From positions 62,001 through 126,000 of the forward strand of contig NIVC01002209.1 in assembly GCA_002269645.1 (NCBI GenBank): DNA of 64,000 nucleotides, in the 5' to 3' direction. Origin of the DNA: Macrostomum lignano. Taxonomy: Eukaryota. This document shows positions 1-19,418 of the stretch, in pieces. The translations under genes were made by a program, and so were the position numbers. The notes beneath the pieces were generated by a model. That model was given only the letters and a program-made list of their open reading frames with translations. It was not told where the DNA came from and searched no databases. Numbering within the stretch: the stretch's first letter is position 1; the number at the start of each line of letters is the position of its first letter.

Positions 1-30
1 CTTCTGACACTAATGACTAGTCTATGACGA

Positions 31-6804
<6,774 letters not shown>

Positions 6805-7039
6805 AGGGGTCTCCAAGCTTAAAATAACTTGTCTATTAGTTAAAAAAAATTAACACAAAAATTTTGACAATTTCTCGTTAAAAAGTAGAAACTGCCTTAG
6901 ATATTGTTTAAACGCAAATATTTTACTTTGAATTTTGCCTTTAAACTGCTTCAACGAAATCTTTTCACACCCCTTTATTTAGAAATTTACCGTACTTCTA
7001 AATGTCATGTTCTGCTTTTCGATAATTGGGCTGCACTAC

Positions 7040-7600
7040 AGAATGTGGCGCCACAAGGGCTACAGAATGGGGCGCCACAAAGGCTACCGAATGTGGCGCC
7101 ATAACGGCTACAGTATGTGGCGCCGCAAGGGCTACAGAATGTGACGCCACAAAGGCTACAATTTGTGGCGCCACAAAGGCTACAGAATTTGACGCCACAA
7201 AGGCTACAGAATGTGACGCCACAAAGGCTACAATTTGTGGCGCCACAAAGGCTACAGAATGTGACGCCACAAAGGCTACAAATTGTGGCGCCACAAAGGC
7301 TACAGAATGTGGCGCCACAAAGGCTACAGTATGTGGCGCCACAAAGGCTACAGAATGTGGCGCCACAAAGGCTACAAATTGTGGCGCCACAAAGGCTACA
7401 GAATGTGGCGCCACAAAGGCTACAGTATGTGGCGCCACAAAGGCTACAGAATGTGGCGCCACAAAGGCTACAGAATGTGGCGCCACAAAGGCTACAGTAT
7501 GCAAGTGGCGCCACAAAGGCTACAGAATGTGGCGCCACAAAGGCTACAGAATATGGCGCCACAAAGGCTACAGAATGTGGCGCCACACAGGCTACAGAGG
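7040..7600. repeat. 24-bp minisatellite (GTGGCGCCACAAAGGCTACAGAAT)n
   Basis: About 23 units, most with the palindrome TGTGGCGCCACA. Confidence 0.96.
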
Positions 7601-8139
7601 GAAATTCGAATGGCAAACAGCACAGGTGAAGTTCTTCATCTTTCATTCTATCATCGCATCTATCAAGGCATTAATTTTACTCAGTTTTACTCATGTTTTA
7701 ATTACTTTTCTCAATATATTGTTCTTCGTAAGGAAACAATTTTTCTGTAAAAACTTTACGAACTTTAATTCTCTATTTTCGAATTAATATTGATAGAAGT
7801 TTCTTTTCATTTTAAAGTACACTAATTACCGTCATTTCTGTGATGCAACTGTGTGCACTAACATATTTAGTTGGTTGGGTATCACGTATTGTTACAAGTT
7901 ACAATGCGGGTAGATTTTCCACTAAAGTAATTTGTCGCTTCAGACAAATACAATTAAACTGCTGTTAAGTAATATATATATATACTCGTACATGTATATT
8001 ATTAAAACTTTCATTGTAATTTCTGCAATTGCTGAGATATGTGCAACTTGTTTATTTCAAATTGTTTCATACATTGCCAGAATGTCAGAAAGTTATGAAA
8101 CTTGTTGGAATGCTTGAAGTTTTAGTAACAAGGGGTTGC

Positions 8140-9827
8140 TTAGTGTCAGGAAAGGAGGAGACGCTGAAGTTAGTGTCAGGAAAGGAGGAGACGCTGAAGT
8201 TAGTGTCAGGAAAGGAGGAGACGCTGAAGTTAGTGTCAGGAAAGGAGGAGACGCTGAAGTTAGTGTCAGGTAGAGGCGCTGAAGTTAGTGTCAGGAAAGG
8301 AGGAGACGCTGAAGTTAGTGTCAGGTAGAGGCGCTGAAGTTAGTGTCAGGTAGAGGCGCTGAAGTTTGTGTCAGGTGGAGACGCTGAAGTTTGTGTCAGG
8401 TGGAGACGCTGAAGTTAGTGTCAGGTAGAGACGCTGAAGTTAGTGTCAGGTAGAGGCGCTGAAGTTTGTGTCAGGTAGAGGCGCTGAAGTTTGTGTCAGG
8501 TGGAGACGCTGAAGTTTGTGTCAGGTGGAGACGCTGAAGTTTGTGTCAGGTAGAGGCGCTGAAGTTAGTGTCAGGTAGAGGCGCTGAAGTTAGTGTCAGG
8601 TAGAGGCGCTGAAGTTAGTGTCAGGTAGAGACGCTGAAGTTAGTGTCAGGTAGAGGCGCTGAAGTTAGTGTCAGGTAGAGACGCTGAAGTTAGTGTCAGG
8701 TAGAGGCGCTGAAGTTTGTGTCAGGTAGAGGCGCTGAAGTTTGTGTCAGGTAGAGACGCTGAAGTTTGTGTCAGGTAGAGGCGCTGAAGTTAGTGTCAGG
8801 TAGAGGCGCTGAAGTTTGTGTCAGGTGGAGACGCTGAAGTTTGTGTCAGGTGGAGACGCTGAAGTTTGTGTCAGGTGGAGACGCTGAAGTTTGTGTCAGG
8901 TGGAGACGCTGAAGTTTGTGTCAGGTGGAGACGCTGAAGTTAGTGTCAGGTAGAGACGCTGAAGTTAGTGTCAGGTAGAGGCGCTGAAGTTAGTGTCAGG
9001 TAGAGGCGCTGAAGTTAGTGTCAGGTAGAGACGCTGAAGTTAGTGTCAGGTAGAGGCGCTGAAGTTAGTGTCAGGTAGAGGCGCTGAAGTTAGTGTCAGG
9101 TAGAGGCGCTGAAGTTTGTGTCAGGTAGAGGCGCTGAAGTTAGTGTCAGGTAGAGGCGCTGAAGTTTGTGTCAGGTAGAGGCGCTGAAGTTTGTGTCAGG
9201 TAGAGGCGCTGAAGTTAGTGTCAGGTAGAGGCGCTGAAGTTAGTGTCAGGTAGAGGCGCTGAAGTTTGTGTCAGGTGGAGACGCTGAAGTTAGTGTCAGG
9301 TAGAGGCGCTGAAGTTAGTGTCAGGTAGAGGCGCTGAAGTTTGTGTCAGGTAGAGGCGCTGAAGTTAGTGTCAGGTAGAGGCGCTGAAGTTTGTGTCAGG
9401 TAGAGGCGCTGAAGTTTGTGTCAGGTAGAGACGCTGAAGTTAGTGTCAGGTAGAGGCGCTGAAGTTAGTGTCAGGTAGAGGCGCTGAAGTTTGTGTCAGG
9501 TAGAGGCGCTGAAGTTAGTGTCAGGTAGAGGCGCTGAAGTTTGTGTCAGGTAGAGGCGCTGAAGTTTGTGTCAGGTAGAGACGCTGAAGTTAGTGTCAGG
9601 TAGAGGCGCTGAAGTTAGTGTCAGGTAGAGACGCTGAAGTTAGTGTCAGGTAGAGACGCTGAAGTTAGTGTCAGGTAGAGACGCTGAAGTTAGTGTCAGG
9701 TAGAGGCGCTGAAGTTTGTGTCAGGTGGAGACGCTGAAGTTAGTGTCAGGTAGAGGCGCTGGAGTTAGTGTCAGGTGGAGACGCTGAAGTTAGTGTCAAG
9801 TAGAGGCGCTGGAGTTAGTGTCAGGAA
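8140..9827. repeat. 25-bp minisatellite (GTCAGGTAGAGGCGCTGAAGTTwGT)n with 30-bp variants at the 5' end
   Basis: About 65 units read directly. Confidence 0.97.
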
Positions 9828-12800
9828 AGCATGATATTTTTGTCTAGTTTTTTAAGCACTCGTATTTCACTGAGTTGTCAGACATAATTTAATTAGGAGT
9901 AATTATTGCACCTCAACTATCTTCAGGAACAATGACAACAAGTAATATTTAATCATAAATAGAATATCAAAGCTCATTCCTAAACACAAAATTACGAAGT
10001 ATAACTAAAATGAACTTTATGAAGTGACTTTATAGTCTATTGCGATAGAAACACAGCACTCATTTGTTATAGGTACCTACCCACTTACTTTGTGTTCAAC
10101 ACGCCATTGACTACACGTCTCGATTAAAACAAAAGTAATGGAACAACTCTTATCTAGCCAGTTGGGTATTATAAATTGTTTGTATAGGGGTAGGAGGGAT
10201 GGGGAGGTAGAGATCGAGAGAATTTACATGTAACTTTTTTCCTAATTCATTATTGCTCCATTACGGGGTCTAGCTAATATATTTGGGATAAAATATTTCA
10301 TACCGGATCAGTTAATTGGCAATTATATATATTAGCACTGATGGATGTGTTGTGGATTTTGACAGGCTACAATGTGTGGGCCTGCGTCGCGGGAAAAAGC
10401 TTGGGGAGCCGAGTACGTTATAGTCAAGCTTCAGGCAGTATAGAGATCGTTGCTAATTAATATTGCTAGTTTATTGTAGCAGCAGGCACGGACGGAGATC
10501 CAGACAATTATAAGTGATTAGTGCATTAATTATGAATGTAGTATATGCATTTAGGACTCATATGCAGGCCATGAGTGCGGGTTTTGAATAGTAGAGGCAG
10601 TTTGCTTTACATGGGATTGTTGGGAGGGTTGGTTCAACACTTCGCCAAAAGCAATTAATAAAGAAAATATAATGACTATAATACATATGTATATATGTCA
10701 AGGACGGCTATAATTGCTGTATACCTGAACCAGCGGCTATATAGGCAATTCTACCTAATTCATTTGCACTGACTCCTAAACCAACACCGTTACGTACGCA
10801 GGCGCGCGCATTCATAGGAGTACAATTAACACTCATCTCCAGGGTCGTGAGACTCTGGTATTGCTGCATGATGGCGTGACCATTTGCTGTCAAATTTGAC
10901 CGCAGCTCCATGGGCGCTTCCTGTGGACAGAATTATAGTGCATGATGGCTTCCAAAAACTGACCTACTGAAATGGCCGTACTTAAAATTAAAACAAAAAT
11001 TTATATCAATCGCAAGTTACATGTTACTTACATGTACGAGCTTTTAAAAACCTGATTACGTCACACATGCATATTTAGGAGTGTACGGGAATTGCATGGC
11101 GATCAAGGGACAAAAAAACTAGCGAGAAGTTTCTCTATATAAACTTCTACTATACATGTCGTACATGTACATACATGTATGTATAGCGAGAAGTTACAAA
11201 ATGGCTGACGTACATCTATACACATGTACGTACCGTACATTTGCATGCAGTGATGTGGCTACGGATTACGCTTGGTCGGGTACGTGACGTCATAGATCTG
11301 CTCAACAACTCTCTAATATTTTTCACCCGGACTTGAAAAATGCATTTTATAGCAACTTTGCTAAAATCTTGCTGCTTCAGTGATTTCGAACAATTATATT
11401 TAGAGGAGCTTTAGCGGAAGTGATTGCAGAGAGATCGACGAGGGAGCTCCATAGAGGATCCCGGGAAATCGGTAAGCCAAAGACAAACATCGCAAGACAT
11501 CGCCGAATCCATGCACCGCCGCACGTACAGAACCATGCAATGAGTTAAGATAAGACAAGAAATCGGTAAGGGTTGAGGATCGAATCCTCTTAATTCTTAA
11601 CCACAATTGCCTTGGATCTTCTCGACCCTCAGCGTCGGGGAAAACGCATGTACATGCAATTCAATAAATTCTCAGTATATTTAGAATTTTTATTTTTATT
11701 TTTGTAATAGTAACTAAAATTTGCTGAAGTTCTAAGAGAAGTTGCACGGCCGCGACGACATTGCAACTCAAGATATTCGTTTCTAATCTGGTCGAGTAGG
11801 TGGTGGTGCGGCTGCAGAATTCAGGTACGTTTTCTGAGCTGCAATTTCCGCGTGATATTTTATGTATACACGTGTGTATAGCCTAATCCGAGTTCCAAGA
11901 TGAGATAAGTGGTAAAAGAGGCCCAGATGTTGATATCAACTGAACCGAGGCATATGTTCCGAGGCAAATGTTTTAAAACAAATTTTGCGTCATCTTATAA
12001 AACAAAACTTTATTTTCTTTTAAGCTTTAATACTTTATGAAAAATTTAAGACAGAAAAATAAATTCCTTATTAATAAAAAAATTAAGTAATAATAAGTTT
12101 CGCGAATTCAGGTTCGCCAGACCCACCCGTGTCAGCAGTTTATACGCGAATTCAGCACAATTTTAGGTACGATAAACATGCATATCCTGCATGCTGGTTG
12201 CCTTTACTGCATGCTGGATACTCGTACATATTGCCTGCACAATGACAAACAAACTAGTACCGTCAAAATTCAATATTGTAGCCTAATCACAACTGAATAG
12301 TATTGCTTTCTATTCGTTTATAAAAAAAACGGGAGTTACATACATTTCACTGTACAGAGTTAGTTATTCCTAAAGCAACTTTCGATACATCATCAATTTT
12401 GAATATGCTTAATTTTGAGTACAAGTGCCAGCAGCAGGCTTGTTTAAGCTGACTGCGACTGCGATCCCTAAAAAAATACAGATATGGATATTAGATATGA
12501 CTTAGGGGCCTAGCCTAGATAGATGGATTGTCAGAATATCATTAAAATATATCATATCATCATCGTTAGGCCTACTACCTGGTTCTGCCACACTGACTAG
12601 ACTAGACTAGACCTATTCTATTGGTTTCATTTCAGATTGGGATCTAGAAAATTTGGAATGGGGTGATTGTAGATTACTAAGGTACTTTGATTTTTTATTT
12701 GATAGGCCTAATTTACAACCTATTTAACAATTGGCATAGGGGCCTAGGCCTAGAAAAATTAAAATCAAACTTGATGGGGTTGGGAAGCACATTGATCATT

Positions 12801-13577
12801 AAATATAGGCCTACCAAATAAATCAAGTTTTAATGCATGGAGCATGGGATAATAATAAGCTTTTAATATCAAAGCATTTTATTTTTTAAAACCAAACAAA
12901 AATTAAATGGTTAATTTCTAGCATAAAAAAGTCCATTAGGCCAGGCCTACATTTATAAAATAAGAATGTTTTGACTATATTCTCATTTTTGTTATTTAAA
13001 TTTTGTTTTTGCCCCAAAATTATTGTGGCCATAATCATAGATATTTTGTATCTAGACTTTTCTTTCCTGCAAACATTTATTTTATCAAAGTCTAGGCCTA
13101 GTATAGCTAGGCCTATACAAGGTTATATTATTATTTAATTATGATATATCTATATATTTATATAGCATTAGGTAAGATTATGTTATTTAACCATTTTCAT
13201 ATTATAGTTCTAAAAAATTATAAAATTTAATGGTTACTTATAATATAAATCTATGTTTATATGCTAGTTTTGTTAATTAATATTTGTTGCCTTGGATTGG
13301 TAATTAAAATTGTTTAAATAATCTATGACCAAATTGGCTTAGGGATAAAATAGTCTATAGGTTTTAGACTATTTTAGGTTTTAGTTTTAAATGCAAAATT
13401 TCCATAGCTAACATAGCTTAAGGGAATAATGACTAGTTATTTTTTAATAGGTCTGCTAATTTGCTTTGTTTTTTACCCAAGAAACAATTTTTTTAGATGC
13501 AGAATTATATACCTTTTATACCCTCCCTATATTCTCCCTGTACCTTCCATACTCTTCATATATCCATCTTTATCTCT

Positions 13578-15124
13578 CAGGGTGACCGCGGTCAGGGAAA
13601 GTCAGGGAAAGTCAGGGAAAAAAATGTGGTCTGGAAAGTCAGGGAAAGTCAGGGAAATTCTTAGGAAGTCAGGGAAAATTTGAAAGTAAATTAGAAAATT
13701 GAAGAAAAAAATTGTGAGACAAGAAAGCGGCTAATCGATAGCACTAAGTAGCTCGAATAGTAAATCTGTTTTGTTTGTTCCATGTATTTTTGTTTTTAAA
13801 AGCTGGTATTTATTTGAAATTGGCAGATACTTGTTCTTAAATGAATAATTTATGGGCTTGTAGGCCTACATATTGCTAATCTATAATTGCTGTGCTAATC
13901 ACACTGACAGTAAAATATATAGTCCATACTATGATAATATATTAACCAGGCCATTAATAGAAAGGTGTATATTTTGTTTTTCTGTGCTGGTGGCAGAATT
14001 GGATAGTGACCCACCATCCTCATCACCGGCTCAAGCGGATTTTGATGCGCTTGTCCTGGAAGCCTACACTAAGGGACGCATCACTGCACAGGAAGCTGAC
14101 GCTGCAAAGTCCGAGTTCACCCAGTTTCGAACTGTTACAGTTCGTGAGCATCGATTTCAGCTGTCTCAATTCGACTATAAGTCAGACCGACTTGATGTCC
14201 TCTTTGCTTCCCTCTTCACTGATTCAACGAGTACCAATAATTTGCAGATCATTGTGAAGATGGTTCTGACAACCTTCCATGGGAATGCTGCTGTTGAGCG
14301 CGGCTTCAGTGTCAACAAAGAGTGCCTAGAACCAAATCTTCAGGGATTGAGCATTCGTTCTCTCCGACTTGTGTACGAGTGGCAAAAGGGAAAGACTGCC
14401 GCTGAAATCATCGCGAAAGTTACCGAGGAGATGTTGAAGAGTGTGAGAAGTGCCAGGAGTAGGTACAGGGCCATGTTGGAGCAGCAGCGAGCAGAAGCAT
14501 CTCATCGGAAATACGAGGAATCAAGGAAAAGGAAGGATGCAACGGTGCTGGAGCTCCAGTCGAAGCAAAAGAAGCTCCTGCTTGATGTTGCAGTTCTCAC
14601 CAAAGATGCGGATAGCCTCGTGTACCAATGTGAGACGGATTCAAACATGAGCCTACTCGTGAAGTCAAATGCACTGCGTCGTGCTGCACAACAGAAAAAG
14701 GAAGAAGTGGAGAAGGTAGAGAAAGAGATTGTAGCACTTGAAGGTACGATTCCTCATTGAACTCAATTTTAACTACAGTGCTACATCTCTTAACTTTGTT
14801 TTACTGTGCGCCACATACAATAAAAGTTAGTACTTGATATTTTTCATGCAATTTTTTATCAAACACTACGTTTTTTGTGGTCAGTTTCCGGTGCATTAAT
14901 TTTTCATTATTAATTCAAACAAATTATTGCCAATACATGCGCTGTTTCAACTTCAATTCAAATTAAATTAATCTCAACATTGCTGACTTTTTAATGCGCA
15001 ACAGTTTGTTGCAATAAAATTATTGTGCACAACTATCACTGAGCTTCTTCTATTACTTTTAGTGTGTCAGGGAAAATTTAGTTTAGTCAGGGAAGAAAAA
15101 AGTTACTGGAGCGCGGTCACCCTG
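13578..15124 (+). mobile_element. Internally deleted hAT-like DNA transposon with a 5-bp TSD (hAT5-type), present in the left arm only
   Basis: TIR CAGGGTGACCGCG/CGCGGTCACCCTG, subterminal GTCAGGGAAA repeats and TSD TCTCT. The empty site is visible in the right arm at ~25455-25475. Confidence 0.85.
13873..14760 (+). pseudogene. C-terminal fragment of a hAT-like transposase
   Basis: Motif LTTFHGNAAVERGFSVNK (catalytic E region) followed by a coiled-coil tail. The N-terminal two-thirds are absent inside the TIR-bounded element. Confidence 0.75.
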
Positions 15125-17100
15125 TCTCTCTACATCCTCCATACCCCTTCCCTATACCCTAATGCTCTCTATATACCCTCTGTACACTCTATACCTTCCT
15201 ATACTCTGTATACTCTCCCTATATCTCTCTATACCCTCCATACTCTATACTCTCCCTATACCCATTTATACCCTCCCTATATACCCTCCTTGTACCTCCA
15301 TACCCTCGCTATACCCTCCATACCCTTCCTATACCCTCCATACCCTTCCTATACCTTCCATACCCTTCCTATACCCTCTATACCCTTATACCCTCCCTCA
15401 ATATGTCCTCCATGCCCTGCCTATATCTCTCCATACCCTCCATATCCTTCCTATACCCATCCATATCTCTCTATACTCTTCCTATATCCATCAATACCTC
15501 TTTACACCCTCCATACGTCCTTATATCCCTTATGCCCTCCCTATACCCTCCATACCATTCCTATACCCATTTATACCCTTTCTATACCCTCCATACCCTC
15601 CCTGTACCCCTTATGCCCTCCATATACTCTTCATGCCCTCCCTTTACCTTCCATATCGTCCTTGTACCCCTTATGCCCTCCATACACTTCCTATATCCAT
15701 CCATACCTCTCTACACCCTTGCATACCTTCTCTATACCCTCCTTATACCCTCAATACTCTCCCTATACCCTCTATACCCTCCCTATACTCTCCATACCCT
15801 CCATATTTTTTCTATACCCATACATGGCCTCCTTGTACTCTCTATGCCTTCCATATACCCTCAATACTCTCCCTATACCCTCCATACCCTTCTATACCCA
15901 TTCATACCCTCCATATACCCTCCATACCATCCCTATACCCTCCATACCATTCCTATACCCTCCATACCATTCCTATACCCTCCATATCATCCCTATACCC
16001 TTCATACCATCCCTTTACCCTCCTTATAACCTCTCGATACCCTCCATACCCTCCATACTTTTTCTATACCCACCCATGGCCTCCCTGTACCCTCTATGCC
16101 CTCCATATACCCTCCATACTCTCCCTATACTCTCCATACCCTTCTATACCCATTCATACCCTCCATATACCCTCCATACCATCCCTATACCCTCCATACC
16201 ATTCCTATACCCTCCATACAATCCCTATACCCTCCATACCATTCCTATACCCTCCATACCATCCCTATACCCTCCAAACCATCCCTATACTCTCCTTATA
16301 ACCTCTCCATACCCTCCATACCCTCCATACTTTTTCTATACCCACCCATGGCCTCCCTGTACCCTCTATGCCCTCCATATACCCTCCATACTCTCCCTAT
16401 ACTCTCCATACCCTTCTATACCCATTCATACCCTCCATATACCCTCCATACCATCCTGCTTTTCCTTTACTTCTCCTTCCCGCGTTATACTTTTCACTAT
16501 CCAGCCTCTACTATCCCCTCTTTCCACCTCCAGCGCCTCCCCTCTCTAGCCCCTACCCTCTCTTCCTTTACTTTCCAGCCCCCATCCTCTACTCCCCTCC
16601 AGCGCCCACCCTCTTCTCCACTCCAGCGCCCTCCCTCTCCTCCACTCCAGCGCCCTCCCTCTCCTTCACTCCAGCGCCCACCCTCTCCTCCACTCCAGCG
16701 CCCTCTCTCTCCTCCACTCCAGCGCCCTCCCTCTCCTCCACTCCAGCGCCCTCCCTCTCCTCCACTACAGCTCCCTCCCTCTCCTCCACTCCAGCGCCCT
16801 CCCTCTCCTCCACTCCAGCGCCCTCCCTCTCCTCCACCACAGCTCCCTCCCTCTCCTCCACTCCAGCGCCCTCTCTCTCCTCCACTCCAGCGCCCTCCCT
16901 CTCCTCCACTCCAGCGCCCTCCCTCTCCTCCACTCCAGCGCCCACCCTCTACTCTCCTTGGTTATGCCTTCGTTACGCTCTTCCCTCCTCTCTGTTTTAC
17001 TTACTGTGTCATGCATAACCCGTCTGCTACAGTGTTTTTAAATAGCCTTTTATACCCTCCTCTTTCCCTTACCCCTCCTCCCCCGGCGGCTCCCCTTCTC
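15125..17100. repeat. Pyrimidine-rich low-complexity tract (CCCTCCATA-like) and 21-bp (CCACTCCAGCGCCCTCCCTCTCCT-like) minisatellite, left arm
   Basis: Near G-free strand, mirrored at 23490-25470. Confidence 0.93.
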
Positions 17101-18811
17101 GTAACTCTGCTAATAAAATCGTAATTCTTCTTCTCTTCAGAATAATTTGCCCAGCTGCGAACTGTGATGGTGCATACCGGGTACTCGCAATTTAAAAAGC
17201 GTATGCTTCTTACTGATTTACTGATTTAATTCCGACGCAACCAAGCAAATCGTTTACTTTCAAGTCCGTGCATTTTCGTTCGGCGTTAATGCCGTGTGGC
17301 GTTGGTGTAATACTATCGCGAAATTCAATTTCCAATGTCATTATCTAACTATTGTCGCTTTTCTGTATTACAACTATATACTATACTTCTGCATTTATTG
17401 ACGTAACATTGTGCCAATAATGTCACATTGTGTGGCCCCAATATGAATCTGTATGCAACTTATAGCGCAATGATCATTTTAATCGCTTGAAATACATTGT
17501 AATGTAATACATGTACTGTATCGCTTTTGGCAATCGAAACGAGACTTTAGCCAGACTCCTCACTGATCCAAATGCTCCTCAAGCAAAGGTACGAGTATAT
17601 GGAAAGCAGACTGAGCTCCGCAGACTTGGTATATTTGATCTTCGGATCGCGGATAGAACCAAGGAAATCTTGGTACGTAAATAAAATTGGAGTCACTTTT
17701 CCTACTTCCACTTTCCCTGCTCTTTCCCTGACCGCAGTCTGTGCCCCAGGCTTAAGTTAGACCAACGCAAAATACTAACCTGAATAGGAAGCAAGCAACT
17801 CACTTCCCACTCTAGTCTTTTTCTGCCACTGTTGTCTTGCAATACTCGCAAAGATCTCGTATGGCGTCCTATTTGAATTGGCGCAAGTCTCGTTTACATA
17901 GTCGAAAGCAATACTGGTGCCAATTATTTGTGTCGATCAAGTTTCCTAGAGAATGATTTGTTGATAACTGTATATTCGCTGTCTTAGAGCTGCACGCTGT
18001 GTTTAACCATTACTTTGTCGTAGAGGAGCTGATGAAGGGGGGACGGTAGGGGCGGAGCTGTTGGAGGGGGGTGGTAGGGGCGGAGCTGATGGAGGGGGGT
18101 CGAAGGGGCGGAGTTGATGGAGGATGGTTTTTCTATTTATTCGACCGATTGAAGTATACCAACGTGTACGTGTATTCGAGCTACGCTGGTAGTGTAGTTG
18201 TTTGTCTAGTATAGTTTATACATGTGTATACTGTATGTACATGTAGTCTCACAATCTCATCAAAAGCTAGACATTTTATTTCTTTGGTTAGTAATCGTGT
18301 GGATATTAGATCCACATGCAGCTATATCGTCATTCAGTCAAGTTATGAACCCAGTCATACAAAATACTCGTATCTTGTCAGTCAAGTTGAGAATCCACAC
18401 TGACAAAGCAACATTGAAAAAAGCCGCCACTCTATGCGCCAGTGAGCTAGCTTCTAGCTTGGACTATTCTGAAATAAAAGATCCGAGAAAACTGAGGCGT
18501 AGCTTTAATCCGTCCAACTCTCGCACACCGCGATCCCCTTCCCCCACTTCATTCCTCAACCCAAGTCGTCTTGTGGCGTATAGCTATAAGTTGCGTCACT
18601 CGCAAGATTGAGAGACAGTGCAGAGACAGTCGAAGCTTATAGGGACGGAGCTTATGGAGGGGGAGGCCGGTAGAGGCGGACTTGTGGGAGGGAGGACTTC
18701 TCACTCACAATTCAACCCTCGAGTTACGCAAATAAGTCGCCGCGAGTGAATCAATAATAAACGTCATTCGAGAAAAATCAACACAGTTATTTTTTTGCAA
18801 TATGCAGTTAG

Positions 18812-19136
18812 AATCACAAATGCTTAAGAACGATCCCTCGCACGCTGAAGTGCGGCGACTCTGCGGGGCATCCCCAGGATGAGGCGGCGCAGAAAGTCCT
18901 GGGAAAGCTGCTGCCAAGCGTTTTCAATGGCATGACGCAGCTCCGCAACATTCTGATGGGTTTGGCCTTTTTAAGCCTGTAGCTCTGGGCCTCAGAACTC
19001 AGAAATGAATCACTTTAGAACTCTGGCTTCTCACTCCTGTCAGATGGTCAGCCCCGTGGTAGCAAGATTGTGGGCGAGCAGCAAGGTCCTATAGCTAAGA
19101 GAAGACAGCGAGAGACAAGCAGGGAGAATTTGAAAG
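18812..19136 (+). CDS. Possible two-exon gene fragment in the foldback spacer, product unknown
   Basis: AG|18812..18959|GT, 84-nt intron, AG|19044..19136|GT. The phases are compatible and the frame is open (NHKCLRTIPRTLKCGDSAGHPQDEAAQKVLGKLL...). No family recognised. Confidence 0.3.
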
Positions 19137-19144
19137 GTAGAAGA

Positions 19145-19418
19145 AAGGGCCTATCAACTTAAGCTCTTAAAGCGGAGCCCGAGGAAAAGCGACAAAATTG
19201 GACTTGGGAGAACAAGCAAGGGGAAAATAAGGGTGCTTTATGAGCTTAAGTTGACATCTTAGTCCCTAATTATCCCCTTGTTTGTTCTCCCAAGTCCAAT
19301 ATGTTTGTCGCTTTTTTGCAAACCCAGCTTCCTAGTGTCACTGTGAGCAGAATGACTTATCATTTGTGTACATAGGTTACTCGGGCTCCGCTTTATAAGC
19401 TTAAGTTGACAGGCCCTT
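19145..19418. repeat. Nested inverted repeat (double hairpin, MITE-like)
   Basis: Outer stem 19145-19183/19380-19418 and inner stem 19189-19224/19273-19311, each with only 2-4 mismatches. Confidence 0.85.

Noticed and set aside
11400-11545. Peptide REIGKPKTNIARHRRIH resembling an HTH or C2H2 linker
   Set aside because: Short, with no Cys pair or supporting splice structure.
15023-17124. Tyr/Pro-rich extensin-like ORFs, also the 714-aa ORF at 23466-25610
   Set aside because: G-poor pyrimidine tracts contain few stop codons in several overlapping frames. There is no codon structure or domain.
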